A stretch of DNA of 64,000 bases from NCBI GenBank assembly GCA_026770705.1, contig JANJGN010000038.1:6386001-6450000 (forward strand), given 5' to 3'. The number at the start of each line of letters is the position of its first letter. Within the stretch, counting starts at the first letter, position 1. The stretch comes from Isurus oxyrinchus. Its lineage: Eukaryota. The notes under the pieces are model-generated. The model made no database searches, was not told where the DNA came from, and worked only from the letters and a program-made list of their open reading frames with translations. The translations under genes and the position numbers were made by a program. Positions 34,134-48,192 of the stretch are shown here, one piece after another.

Positions 34134-35459
34134 CCCTTGTTACCTTTTTGTCTTTGCATTCAAAGTCAAGGCCCGTATGTGTCTTTTTTGCAGCCTTCTC
34201 AAATCCGCCTGCCAATTTCGGAAATTTGTTCGCACATACCCTCCAGTCTGTCCCTTCAAGGGATTACCTGGCTATTTGATTTGTTAATTTATTTAATTTG
34301 TATTAATTTAATTCCCTTTAATTTGCTTTATTGGCTAATTGTTCCAATCAAGAAAATATACCATCCTGCCTTAAAATAACCATTTACCACAACTACCTGC
34401 TTGCAGTCCCCCAACCAATATCCACGCTGCCATGGGATTCACTTTTGAAACAAATTAATTCTTAATTCTCAGTAACAGTGTTTGTAGAGATTGGATGACA
34501 ATGGAGAAAATCAATTCTGTCTCTCACTGAACGCTAAGAGGTGTAGAGTTGTTTGTAGAGGATTACTCCTGTTCTGTAATGTGCCAGATAGTACTTCTGC
34601 TTTAATGAAAGATATTGCGATAGCAAAACGACGTTTTCCCCAATATATTTGCAATAGAGAGTAGAGTTCTTCACTTCAGGCAGCGACTGAGGTGGATATT
34701 AATGCACCTTTCAATCCATTTTTAAACAAAGTAATATGAGGAGACTGAGCAGTACTCGGGGTCACTTTACTTTTCTCCAGGAGAGCGCGCACACGATGGG
34801 CCAAAAAAATTCCCTCCTTTTGTAAACGTGTTTGTTTATATCATTTGACCAATCGAATTACATTTCTTCCCCTGGACCTGATAGTTCGGTTAGTTTTGCA
34901 GATTAACGTGGTATTTACATTATTATTTGACAAACTACAACAAAAAAACAATCAAACTATATGTTTTTTTGCAAGTGTGGTTTGTCTGCCATCCCGATCA
35001 GTTGTAAAAGATATAAGTCAGTAAAATCAACTTGCTAACACTCTAGCTGCACTCAGGAAAGCTGCAAATACACAAACACGACAGATCTGCCTGGGCATGT
35101 GAGCTTACTGAGGCGGCAGCCGCATAACTGGTTCAGCGCTAAAAGCTGAGCTTGATGCTGACAGTGAATGAAAACTAACACATTATTGCGTTCATTTCTA
35201 ACACTCTGGGCAAAAAAACGACTCAGGTTATTTTCAGAAGTAATTCTTAGGGGCACTGCTGCTGTAAAAATAAAGCACAAGGAAATGGCCAACTTTCAAA
35301 TCATTTATGAAAAATTTCAAGTGGGAAGCATACATACTATTCACGTTCACTCAAAACCAAACAGGGTGATTCCAATTTCCACACCTAACTTTTACGAATA
35401 AAAGACATCTCGAGGAATACGACAAGCAAACACAAGACAGACTCTTAAAAGAGCAATGA

Positions 35460-37040
35460 ATGTTATTAACTTTACATGTAATAATCGGTTAATGCCCTTG
35501 GAATGTAAGGAATATGTCACAATGAATGATTATTATTCATTTCATCTGTGATACCTTACAACACTGAGATATTTCCCATTCAGTGTGAAGTACATCAGAA
35601 AAGATGATAATTTACTATTCGTTTGACGTGAGGGGTAATAAAGCGACAAGAAATTATTAGCTTCTTATAGTAATGGATTATTGTTCATTAATGTGAGGGG
35701 TGTTACAGATATATAACTAAATCATGTTATGTGAGCTGTACTCCAGCAATGGAATGTTGTTAAATAAAGTGTGCTATAATACAGAAATGGGTTATTATTC
35801 ACTTAATATGATGCACCTGAAACTAATGGACTAATGCTCAAGTACTTTGAGATATACAACAGCAATGCGTCAGTGTTCATTTAATTTGGAGGATATTTCA
35901 ATCGTAGAGTTTTGCTTGTTTAACGCAAGGGATATCAAATATATACATTACTTTTCATTTCATATGACATATATTACAAAAATTGATTATTTTCAGTTAT
36001 TATAAGGGATATTTGAGCAATAGATCAGTGTGCATTTAATATGCTGCATATTGAAGAAATGAAGTAATGTCCATTACATTTCAGGGATATTACAGTGATT
36101 GCTCCTTTGGAGTGAGTTTATTAAAGGAATAGATTATTCAGTTCAGGTAAGGGGTATCACAGCACTAGATTTTTGTTCGTTTCATGCATTGCAGCAATGA
36201 ATCAGGATTACTTTAAAGCCTTGTACATTATGGCAAGGAATTAGTATTCGTTTAATTTGGGGAATATTACAGGAGTGGATTATTGATCAATTAATGTAAG
36301 CTGCCTCGGAGCAATGGATTATTCATCATTTAAAATGAGTTATATTGCAGCAATGCATTATTGTTTTTAATGTGAGGGATACTACAACACTGGATTATTT
36401 TTCCTTTACTGTCTGATATGTGACAACAATTGATTAGTATTAATTGCATGTCAAGATTATGGCAGAAATGGATTATTGAATATTTGTCGTGAGTTATATT
36501 AAATATAAAGATTATTATTCATTGAATTGTGACTCTGCAGTAATGGCATGCATTTTCATTTAATATATGAGTATTGCAGCAGTGCAACATTGTTCCTCTA
36601 AAGTGAGACATATCAGAGCAATAGATTATTGTTCATTTCTTGTGAGTTACAGAGTTACAATGAATTACCGTTCATTTAATGTGATTGATATTACCTTTAT
36701 GGATTATTCTTTATTTAATTTGAGATATATTGTTGCTAGGAAGCATTATTAATGTAATGTGAAAAGTATGAAAAATGGATTATTGTTCAATTATTGCGAG
36801 TTATATTACAGAGATTGGAATTTGTTCATTTGAAACGTGATATAATTCACCAATGAATTATTTATCATTTAAAGTGAGGGATATAACATCAATGGGACAT
36901 TGCTTAATTGCTCTGAGGTATGTTAAATAATTGGATTTTTGGTCATTTAACGTGAATTTTATCAAGTGATGGAGTCTTGATATTTAATTTGAGGGCTATT
37001 ACAGGAATAGATTACTGTTGCTATCTATATGTATATGATA
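35460..37040. repeat. Degenerate AT-rich minisatellite, about 39-bp unit (approx. GCAATGGATTATTGTTCATTTAATGTGAGGTATATTACA)
   Basis: gcaatggatt at 36311 and gcaatgcatt at 36350; recurrent gattattgttcatttaatgtga. Confidence 0.8.
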
Positions 37041-38389
37041 CAGAGTGGGCTGTGGTGCCCTCTTGCAAACACTGAAATGATGTTCTTACTTTTAAGCCAT
37101 TTTTTGCTCCATTAAAAATTGAGACTCAGGATCAGATTGGATATTAAATAAATCTCATGGAGCACTGGATTACCCCTTCAGTCTACTTTTCCTCGTCGTT
37201 CACCTCCAGCAACGGCATCTCGTCCGTTATTACTGTAATTACCTAATTTCTCTTGTAAGTGTCCCCCTAAAACCTCCTCAGGAATTTCACCTTCAGGAAT
37301 GTTTTCACTTCTTTCTCCTAAGTCTATGAAATCCCCTCTTTAATGGACACCTTCCCCCATGAAAATTATTGTGGGAAATTTGAATCGATATGCTGATCGA
37401 GATAGCTGGATAAGATGAAGCTAATGGCCATGAATGAACGAACACGTTGCACTGATGACAGTGTAATACACTTTCTTCGCCAGCAGAGTGTGGCAATGTC
37501 CATAGTAAAACAGACAGCTCTGCTCCCTTCTGCTGTAATGTCCCTTATTCCTAAAACTTCCCGAGTCAGCAGGTCATTGATGTTTTGATGTGATCGGGCA
37601 CATGGGGAGTTTGGTTGTTTTTATTATGGGATATCATGATCTCCTGGAGTTCGCTTAGTTAACATCCAGCCCGGAAATTTCAGTTTCGGGGCTGGGAACA
37701 AACAAAGATATTTTATACCCCGAAGTCATGGTTCACCACCTATTAAAATTAATGATAAGTTCATGACCTGGCGATGTACAGTTTCCAGACAGATATAGTA
37801 GCTATTCATTCCCACCATCTTTATATGTTTCACGTTAAATTCAGCTTTGATTGCGCGGGGAGGGGGTGTGTTGGGGGATGGTTGGTTGGGGGGGGGGTCG
37901 TGGAGTGAGGGGGAGGCAGGCCGTGGGATATCAGGCGGTATTGAATGGGCCACCAGTTATCTAAAACCACCGCATTTCCTCTGTATGGAATTCCACAGGG
38001 TGGAAAATTGACCAGTGTATAATCGCCATCGATCGGGTAATGACGGATTCACCTCTACCGAAGTCGATTTTCAGCCTCAAAGCGCTGTTTGGACAAAAAG
38101 CAGAGAAAAGTGTCCTAAGTGTGGGGTTTCGTGCCCATAACATGAAGGTACAGATAACACGGGGGGACAGAAAAGCAGGTGGAATCATATCTGCAAAGAC
38201 AAAAGGTTGTGATGCAGAAAGACATCGAAATAATAATCTAGAAATCCCATTTGTGGAAATAATAAACTAAAATCGAAGACAGTAAATTACATTTTGCTTT
38301 CTCAATTTAAAGTTATTTTTAACCAGTTTAGAACAAATGGGATATGAACTCAATTGAAATATTCGATACAGGGATGTGACAATAAGTTA

Positions 38390-39050
38390 AAGGGCAGAGA
38401 GATAAAAGTAGAAATAGACAGAGAACTGGTGTACACTGAGCGTCAGCTAGATGGTTAAAGAGAGGATCAGAAACATAGATAGAGCTACCTAGCGAGGAAG
38501 AAAAGACAGAAATAGCAGTTTGGATGCAGAACGAGAGAAAGGGATGAAAATCAGTAGAGGGATTACTAACAGAAAGATAGAAAGGAAAGAGGACGAAAGC
38601 AGAGCTAGAGGCAAGGAGAGATAGAATACGAGAGATGGGAGAAAATATTGACAGAGTGAGAAACCGACCGCAAGACAGAGGTAAAGATAGTTAGCGAGAT
38701 AGATTGATTGATTGATANNNNNNNNNNNNNNNNNNNNNNNNNNNNNNNNNNNNNNNNNNNNNNNNNNNNNNNNNNNNNNNNNNNNNNNNNNNNNNNNNNN
38801 NNNNNNNNNNNNNNNNNNNNNNNNNNNNNNNNNNNNNNNNNNNNNNNNNNNNNNNNNNNNNNNNNNNNNNNNNNNNNNNNNNNNNNNNNNNNNNNNNNNN
38901 NNNNNNNNNNNNNNNNNNNNNNNNNNNNNNNNNNNNNNNNNNNNNNNNNGTGGCGGCAGATAGTGAGGCAGAGAGATAGACAGGAAATTGTGTTAGACTG
39001 TCGATGCAAGTAGAAGCAAAGAGGAACAAAAGACAGAGGGACCTAAAGAA
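38390..39050. other. GA-rich low-complexity tract containing a 232-nt assembly gap (N 38718-38949)
   Basis: Direct observation. Confidence 0.95.
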
Positions 39051-41669
39051 TGAGAACGGCGGGGTCCTTGTCATTTGCTGAGATCCGAAACAGTTCCGTT
39101 CATTTTCAATGCTACAAATCATCTTCATATTATTAATTCTGACATAAAATGACAGACGTACACTTCAGCACATAGCTTTCCAGGCCGGTGCTGCGTGCTG
39201 CCAGGTGCAGGCTGCAACCGGTACATAAAGCTCTGTGTATTGATTTACTGCAGGACACGCTGCCTGTGGTTTTGCACAGCAGCAGAAAAACAGGATGTTG
39301 GCTGAATAAAATTAGAAAGAAGGCAGCGCAGTTACGTTTTTAGCCTGAATTAATTCGCTGCCTCTGCTCCATCTCAAACCCAGAAAATATTGTTCACATT
39401 TATTTAATTGAAGATTATTTCGAATTTGAGAAATATAAACGGGCATTTAATTGTAAGGGTAGAAATAGATAACCGGGGATCTTAGACTGAAAAACATCCC
39501 TGGGAAATGATAAGGAGGTGATCAAAGGAGATTACAGAGAACAGCTCCAGCTGATCTCGCACTGTCACAGACCTAGTAACCCAATCACTTCACATTTAAC
39601 TCTAATTACCAATATTCTTTAATGTACATTGGGTTATCTCCCTTTAACATTTCTCAGGGTCGATAAGTACAATAACCCTTCTAAGCCTGTTTTGTGGTAG
39701 TCCACAAGGTTTTGCTAGGACGGTTCTACCTGGCAATCAGAAGTGAGTGAGTCCGATTCAAAGCCTAACTTCACAGAGTTCATACTGCCGATTATCCGGC
39801 TGCATTGCAACAAATGTCTTGAGTGACAAATAGTAATTAAGGAGAACCTGGTCGCCTTAGTAGTTTGTGCAGAAATGAAATATCCTACCGAACGATCTGC
39901 TGAAGAATAGAATGCTCCTTGTTTCCCAGGACCATCTGTCTGCTCCAAGCAGTGGCAGAACAGGTTTGTACGAGATGGCAGTATAGATATTAGTGACTGA
40001 GTGGAGGCTGGACAATGGCAGCGAGGGTTTGGATGATGGGTAAGAAACTAGGCGACTAAAGAGGAGCATGAAGAATTTGAGAGGGCTCTGGATTATGGCA
40101 GCGTGCAGTTCAGCGGAGACCCTGAGTATCAGACTTATTGTTGGAGGCTGAAAGGATTCTGAGTGATCAGCGCCTTGAAAGCAGTAACAATACCACAATG
40201 TTTAGAGTTAATATAATTGTAGAAGTTAGTGAAATAAAGTGTTCCTAGGAAGGGAAAATGGACCTTAGTTCGAGTTCTGGCTCTAGCTCATAGAGAAAAG
40301 AATACTAATCGGCCTGTGTGGCACGACAGAGATACTTCACTCATGAGGCTCCAGGTACGACGATAATTTGAGGAGATTCACTTTTGGGGGCGATATGTGA
40401 TAATAAATCGTATGAATGATGTTGGAAAACTGAGTGACTGGTAACAAAAAGGATTCCTAGTGTTACAAATGTGGGAGGCTTCATGGTGAAGGAGGTTGAT
40501 GTTGGAGGCTGGGGTTATTCATGATGAGCTCTCTGAGTAATGAGAAGGTGGGGCGGCCGAGGGGTGAGTTATCTGGGTGACGATGTTTGAGGTTAGCGAT
40601 CAGGGCTCTGGGTGATGGAAGTGCGGGAATACAATGGTGGGCGTTTTGGATGCTGGGAGTTCGGGATTAGTGATAGTGAGGATTCTGGATGTTGTGAGTG
40701 TGGAGTTACTGATAGTGACGATTATTGATGATTGGAGTGTGGGGTTAGTGATCCTGAAGGTTCTTGATGTTGGGAATGGGGTTAGTGATAATGAGGGCGC
40801 TGAATTTGGGAATAGGGTTAGTGATAGTGAGGACTTGAATTTTAGGAATGTGGGGTTAGTGATAGTGAGGATTCTGGATGCTGGGAATGTACGGTTAGTG
40901 ATAGTGAGGATTTTGAATGTTGGGAATGTTGGTTTAATGACAGTGAAGATTCTGGATATAGGGAATGCAGTTAGTGTTAGAGATGATTCTGGGTGATGGG
41001 ATTGCCGGGTTAGTAATAGTGAGGATGCTGGATATTGGGAAAGTAGGGCTAGTGATGCCGAGGGCTTTGATGTTGGGAGTGTGCGGTTAGTGATAGAGAG
41101 GGTTCTGGATGTTGGCAGCGTCGGGTTTGTGATAGTGAGGATTCTGCATGTGGGGAGTATGGTTTAGTGATAGTGAGGAGTGTGGATGTTGGGAGTCTTC
41201 GTTAGCGATCGTGAGGCATTCTGGGCATTGGGCATGCGGGGACAGTGATGGAGGGGATTCTAGAATTTGGCAGCGTGGGGTTATTGATTATGAGCATTCT
41301 GGATGTTGGGAATGTGGGGGTAATGATAGTGAGGGTCCTGCATGTGAGGAGGGTGGTTTAGTAACAGTGAGAATTCTGTATCTTGGGACTTTGTCAGTGA
41401 TAGTGAGGGTCCTGGATGTTGGGAATGTGGGATTAGGTATTTTGAGAATTCTGGATGTTGGAAGTGTGGTTTGCTGATAGTGAGGATTCCACATATTGGG
41501 AATGTGATGTTAGTGCTAGTGAGATTCTGAATTTTGGGAACGTGGAGTTAGTGATAGTGAGGACTCTGGAAGTTGGAAGACGGGTTAGCAAGAGACTGGA
41601 ATCTGGATGTTGGGATTGTTGGATTAGCGATAGGGAGGATTCTGGAAGTTGGGAAAGTGGGGTTAGTGT

Positions 41670-42640
41670 GTAATTTCAGAGGCCCAACCGTCTTAAGCAC
41701 TTTCATCAATGACCTTCTTTCTATCATAAGATCCGAAGTGAGAATGTTCACTTATGATTTTGCAATGTTCAGAGCCAAATCGCGACTCCTCGGGTACTGA
41801 AGCAGCACATGAACAATTGCAACTAGATCTGGACTGGGCTGACAAGTGGAAAGCAAACGTCGCACCACACAAATGCCAAGCAATGACTTTCTCTGACAAG
41901 AATGAATCTAACCATGCTGCTTGATATTCAACGGCATTATAATCGCTGAATTCCTCGCTCCAGCATCCTGGGGGTTAACATTGATCAGAAACTGAGCTGG
42001 AATTGACAGAGAACTACAGTGGCAACAAGAGCAGGCCAGGGGCTAGGAATCCTGCGACCAGTAACTCACCTCCTTGCTCCACAAAAGCCTGTCCACTATC
42101 TACAAACACAAGTCAGGAGTGTGATGGGATACTCTCCACTTGCCTGGTTGAGTGAAGCTCCAACAATACTTGAGAAGCTGGACCCGATCCAAGACAAAAC
42201 AGGCAACTTGACTGGCACAGCATCCAGAAACATTCAGTCCATCCACCACCGACTCACATTGACAGCACTGTGTACCATCTACAAGATGCACTGCAGGAAC
42301 TCAACAAGGCTCCTTCGACAGCAGCTTCCAAGCCCATGGCCGCTACCATACAGAAAGGCAAGCACAGCAGATATATGGGGATACCAGCACCTGGACATCC
42401 CAACTCAAGCCACTCACCATTCTGACTTGGAAAAATATATCGCCGTTCCTTAAATGTCTCTGGGTCAAAATCCTTGGAGTCCCTTGCTAACAGTTCTCCG
42501 GGTGTACCAAAATCACATGGACTGCAGCGGTTCAATGAGGCAGATCACCACCACCTTCTCAAGGGCAATTAGGGTTGGTTAATGAATGCAGGCCTAGTCA
42601 CCAATGACCAAATGCCATGAATGAATAATAATAAATAAAA
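41670..42640 (+). mobile_element. CR1/L2-group LINE 3' fragment within the minisatellite
   Basis: TFINDL, LGILRPVTHLL, QVRSVMGYSPLAW; tail atgaatgaataata. Confidence 0.85.
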
Positions 42641-42884
42641 ATAGTGACAGTGAGAATTGTGGATGTTGGGAATGATGTTAGTGATGGTGAGTATTCTGGA
42701 AGTTGGGAATGGGGCTAGTGATAGTGAGGTTTCAGAATGTTGGGAGTATGGTTTATTGATAGTGAGGATTCTGGATACTGGAAATGTGGTGTTAGTGATA
42801 GTGAGGCTTGCGGATATTGGCAATGAGATTCGTGAGAGTGAGGATTCTGTACATTGGAAATGAGGTTAATGAGAGTGAGGATGC

Positions 42885-43150
42885 ACTGCTTGTTTGTCCA
42901 CACAACCACACCCGCAACCCCTCCCCCACCCCTCTCTCTCTCTCTATCTCTCTGCCCCCCACACACACACCTTAAACAAGCTTATATTTCAACTCTTGCT
43001 TGGACTCCAACTCAAGTTCTGTTGAAGGGTCATGAGGACTCGAAACGTCAACTCTTTTCTTCTCCGCCGATGCTGCCAGACCTGCTGAGTTTTTCCAGGT
43101 AATTCTGCTTTTGTTTTGGATTTCCAGCATCTGCAGTTCTTTTGTTTTTA
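42885..43150 (+). mobile_element. Short Penelope terminal-repeat fragment with hammerhead motif
   Basis: Matches 27245-27510. Confidence 0.85.
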
Positions 43151-43429
43151 TTATTATAATGACAGTGAGGATTCTATATATTGGCAATAAGGTTAGTGAT
43201 ATTGAGGATTCTGACTTTTGGGAATGGGGCTAGTGATAGAGAGTTTTCAGAATGTTGGGAGTGTGGTTTATTGATAGTGAGATTTCTGGATACTGGGAAT
43301 GTGGCTTTAGTGATAGTGAGCATTCTGGATGTTGGGAATGTGGGGTTACTGATAGGGCGGATTCTGAATTTTGGGGATGTGTGGTTAGCATAAGGGAGGA
43401 ATCTGGAAGTTGGGAAAGCGGGGTTAGTG

Positions 43430-44380
43430 GAGAATTCCCGAGGCACAGCTCTTTCATCAATGAAGTTCCTTCCATCATAAGGTGAGAAGTGAGAATGCTC
43501 GCTTATGATTGTGCAATATTCAGAACCAAATCGCGACTCCTCAGGTACTGAAGCAGCCCTGAACAAATGCAACTAGATCTGGACTGGGCTGACAAGTAGC
43601 AAGCAACTTTCACACCGCACAGGTTCCAGGCAATCACTGTCTCTAACAAGAGATAATCTAAAGATGCCCTTTGACATTCTGCTTTACCATCACCCAATCC
43701 CCCACTATCGACAACCTGGGAGTTATCATTGACCAGAAACTGAACTGGAATTGACATAGAACTACAATGGCGATGAGAGCAGCTCTGGAGCTAGGAATCC
43801 TGTGGCGAATAACTCACCTCCTGACTCCACAAAAGCCTGTCCACCATCAACAAACACGTCAGGTGTGTGATGGGATACTTTTCACTTGCCCAGCTGAGTG
43901 AAACTCCAACAACAATTAAGAAGATCGGACTGATCCAAATCCAGGCCACTTGGTTAGTACAACATCCACAAGCATTCACTGCATTCCACCACCGATGCAC
44001 AGGCGCAGTATATCATCTACAAGATGCACTGCAGGAATTTACCAATGCTCATTCGACAGCAGCATCGAAACCCATGGCCGCTATCATCCAGAGGGACAAG
44101 GGCAGCAGGCACATGGGAACACCATCATCTGGAAGTTCCTGCTCAAGCCGTTCACTATTCTGACTTGGAATTATATCACCGTTCCTTCACTGTTGCTGGG
44201 TCAAAATCCTTGGACTCCCTCCCTAACAGCTCTGTGTGTGTACCTACACAACATGGACTGCAGCGGTTCAATGAGGCATTTCATCAACCACCTTCTCAAG
44301 CGTGATGCGGGATGGTTAATGAATGCTGGCCTAGACAGCGGCGCCCCAAATGACATGAATGAATATAACAAAACAAAAAA
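43430..44380 (+). mobile_element. Duplicate of the 41670-42640 LINE fragment
   Basis: Same 5' junction context (ctggaagttgggaaag.ggggttagtg..aatt) and shared motif ccaaatcgcgactcctc. Confidence 0.85.
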
Positions 44381-46309
44381 TATAGTGATATTGAGAATTC
44401 TGAATGCTGGTAATGGGGTTAGTGAGGGTGAGGATGCTGGATGCTGGGAATCGGTTTAGTGATAGAGAGGATGTTGGATGTTTGCAATGGAGTTAGTGAT
44501 AGTGAAGTTTCTAGATGTTGCAAACGTGGGTCTGTGACAGTGAGGATTCTGGATGTTGGAAATGGAGCTAGTGATCGTGAGGATCCTGAATGTTGGGAAT
44601 GTATTCAATGATAAGTGAGGAACCTAGATGCTGGGATTGTCGTTACTAATAGTGAGGATTTTGGATGTTTGGGTTGTGGGTCAGTGATAGTGAGTACTCT
44701 GGATGTTGGGAATGGAGTTACTGATAATGCAGATTCTGAATGTTGGGAATATATTCTATGATAAGTTAGGAGCCTAGATGCTGGGATTGTCGTTGTAGTA
44801 GTGAGGATTTTGGATGTTTGGGTTATGAGGTCTGTGATGATGTCGTTTCTGGTTTTGGGTTGTGTGCTCAGTGCTGATGAGGTCTCTGGATTTCAGGTTG
44901 TGGGATCAGTGATGGTGAGGTTTCTCGATTTTGCGAATACTGTGTTAGTGATAGTGAGAATGCTGTATTTTGGGAAGCACGTTCGTATTTTGAGGGTTCT
45001 GGATGTTGGAAATGTGGATTCAGTGCTAGTGGAGATTTGGATGTTGGGAATGGGGTTAGTGATAGTGAGGAACTTGGATGTTTCAATTGGAGTTTGTGAT
45101 TGTGAGGATTCTGGATGTTGAGAGTGTTGGGTTAGTGATAGTGAGAATTCTGAATGTTGGGAATGGTGTTCTTGACAGTGAGAATCCTGGAATGTGGATA
45201 TATGATAGTGAAGATTCCGGATTTTTGGAATGGGGTTCGTGACAATGAGAATTCTGGATGTTAGGAATATGGGGCTAATGATAGTGATGATTCGGGATGT
45301 AGCAAATTTCCTTCATAATGTTTAGAATTCCTGATGTTGGGAATAGAATTTTTCATTCTGAGGGCTCTGGATGTTGGGAATGGGGTCAGTGATAGTGACG
45401 ATTCTGAATGTTGGGAATGGGCTTAATGATAATGAGGAATCTGGATCTTGGGAAAGGTGTTAGTGATCATGAGGAATATCGAAGTTGTGAATGTGGTCAG
45501 CAATCGTGAAGAATCTAGAATGTTCGGAATGTTGGTAACATGGTTAATTACTGTGAGGATTCTAGATGTTGGGAATGGGGTTAGCAGTAGTGAGGATCCT
45601 GAAATTTGGGAATAGGTTTAGTGTAGTGCAGATTCCGGATTTTGAGAATGGTGTTAGTGATACTGAGGATTCTGGATGTTGGGAATTGTGTCAATGATAG
45701 TAGCGATTCTGGATGATTGGAATGGGTTAGTGTAAGTGAGGAATCTGGATGTTGTGAGTGGGGTTAATGATAAATGAGGAATCTGGATTTTGGGAACGAT
45801 GTTAATGAGAATGAAGAAGCTGGATGTTGTAAATGTGTTTAGTGATAATGAGGATTCTGAATGTTGGGAATAAGTTTAGTTCTAGTGCAGATTCCAGATT
45901 TTGAGGACGGTGTTAGTAATAGTGAGGAGTCTGGTTGTTGTGAATGGGATTAGTCATAGTGAGAATTCGGAATGTTGGTAACATGGTTAATTACTGTGAG
46001 GATTCTAGATGTTTGGAATGGAGTTAGTGATAGCGACGATTCTGAATGTTGAGAAAGTGGGGTCAATGAAATTTATGTTTCTGGATGTTGGGATTTTCAG
46101 GTTAATGATAGGTATGTGGGAATAATGGTAGTGTGGACTCTGGATGTTCGGGATGTGGGGTTAATGATAGTGAGGATTCTGAATGTTATGGATGTGGGGT
46201 TAATGATATTTATGGTCTGGATGTTGGATTTGTGGGGTTTTGATATTTACTGATCTGGATGTTGGGTTTTTCGGGTTAGTGATTGTTTTTATTCTGAATG
46301 CAGTGAATA

Positions 46310-47700
46310 CTAACGTTTCATCTGAACGAAATTCCTTCACCCTAAATAATTCTAATAAGTTTCATCAGCACCATCTCTAAGTTCTTGTCATTTGCCCTGA
46401 AGTATGGTGTCCAGAATTGGATGCAATACGACAGCGAAGGCCTACGCAATTGTTTCTGAATATTTTTCATAACTTCCTTGCTTCTGTTTTGTAATCCCTT
46501 ATTAAATAAAATAAAAGATCCTATAAGCTATTCATGTCTTTCCAATTGCCCAGTCCCGTTAAAGGATCTGTGTCTGTACACCATCTCTGTCTTTTGAACT
46601 CCTTAAATTTATCCTATTTAATTAATATTGCCTTTCTTCATTCGACCAACCAAAATGTGCCACTATATACGCTTAACTATATTAATTGTTACACGTTACA
46701 TGTTTGCTCACCTGACAAGTCAAAATCCGCATGAAGACTCTTACAATCCTCATGCTTTACCACATTTTTGAGTCAGTATGATTTGTTAACTTTCAAGTTA
46801 TTCCCTGAATGCCTAAGTCCAGCCTATTAATAGGCATCAAAATAGCAGTGGACCTGATACAGACCACTACAGATCAGCCGTTTATACTGCTGTCTAGTCT
46901 GAAAAAAATTAACTGCTCACCAGTACCCTGTTACCCAACCGTTTGGAAAGTTCTGTTTCCATGTTTCTTTAACATCATAAGTTTTTATTTTGATAATGTT
47001 TCACTTGTAAACAACGTTTGCAAGTTCATACAGACAACATGAACCAGATTGTCCTTATCAAAGCTTATTACGCCTTCACCAAAAGCACAGCATTCGAGTC
47101 AGTTAGACAGAATTCCATTTATTAGCCCAGACTTTTGTTTCAAATATAAATTATTTTTGTCCCGGACTATTGCCTTTAAACATTTTCTACACCAGCATTA
47201 GGATCTTTAGCCTGCAATTACTTTGTTCACCCGTCTCCCCTATATATAAACAGGGGTGTAACACTTGCAGTCCTGAAGCCATGCGGCACCATCCCCGTAG
47301 ACAAGGAGGATTGTCAGCTTCAGGTCAGAAACTCCACAGTGTCCTCCCCTACATCCTAGCTAACTCAAGGTGCCACTGATTTAGGTTGGTGGCTTTCCAG
47401 GGTTGGCGATGGACAATCTTGAAATACCTTCGCTTTCTCTATTTTTATCCAATGAAATGTTGCTTCCATCTTTATGTCTGCATTGGCAACATTTGCTACT
47501 CAAATAAAGATGCAAAGTAGACATTTATTGCTTGAGCTTTGTTTTCTGCCTCTACAAGAAGGTCTGAATCTTGACATAATGGGCCCAAACATCCTTTGAT
47601 GCCCTGCTGCTGACAGAAGGGGTTTGCTTCATTGTTATGTCAGCAGCAAATCTATTTTAATGATATATTTTCACTGCTCTAAACTATCCGCAACTCCAAT
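46310..47700 (-). mobile_element. Highly degenerate CR1-like LINE fragment
   Basis: Reverse-strand remnants resembling YCIQFW (46400-46430), the RT core and PGPD regions. Confidence 0.45.
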
Positions 47701-48056
47701 CCCCCCTTCCATCCCCACCAACTCCCTCTCACCCCCGCCACACTGCCCTGAAATTCATGTTTTCAGATTACCCCGACATTCTTTTTGATTCAGCTTGGTT
47801 TTCTATTGTGATATGAAAAGAACATTGTCAAAAACTGCCTTTTCCTCATTTCATTTTAACCTCTATATATCTACTTATTTACGAAACTCTGCCTTTGAAT
47901 TCCCTTGTTTTCCACCTCGTAAAAATGTGCCTCCAATTTCCCAGAATCATCTTCGCTTTGAAGTCCTCCAATTCCACAATTACCCTTTTGCTGCCAGTTT
48001 TTGTTTTCACTCCAACGTGCCAGGGTCAAATCCCCACTGAACTCACTAATGTTTAT

Positions 48057-48192
48057 AAAAACAAAGAGAACTGCGGATGCTGGAAATGTAAAACAAAAAC
48101 AGAATTACCTGGAAAAACTCAGCAGGTCTGGCAGCATCGGCGGAGAAGAAAAGAGTTGACGTTTCGAGTCCTCATGACCCTTCGACAGAACT
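48057..48192 (-). mobile_element. Solo about 135-bp Penelope terminal-repeat element with hammerhead motif and 12-bp flanking direct repeat
   Basis: Near-identical to 27376-27510; actaatgtttat at 48045-48056 and 48190-48201. Confidence 0.85.

Larger units (their letters stand above)
40420..46300. repeat. G/T-rich minisatellite, 37-39-bp unit GGGGTTAGTGATAGTGAGGATTCTGGATGTTGGGAAT(GT), with nested insertions
   Basis: Dozens of diverged tandem copies; interrupted at about 41670-42640, 42885-43150 and 43430-44380. Confidence 0.92.

Noticed and set aside
38605-39128. ORFs spanning X runs
   Set aside because: Open only because of the N gap
40634-45121. ORFs with repeating VRILDVGNVGL, superficially leucine-rich-repeat-like
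   Set aside because: Translations of the 37-39-bp minisatellite; frames break constantly and no exon structure is evident
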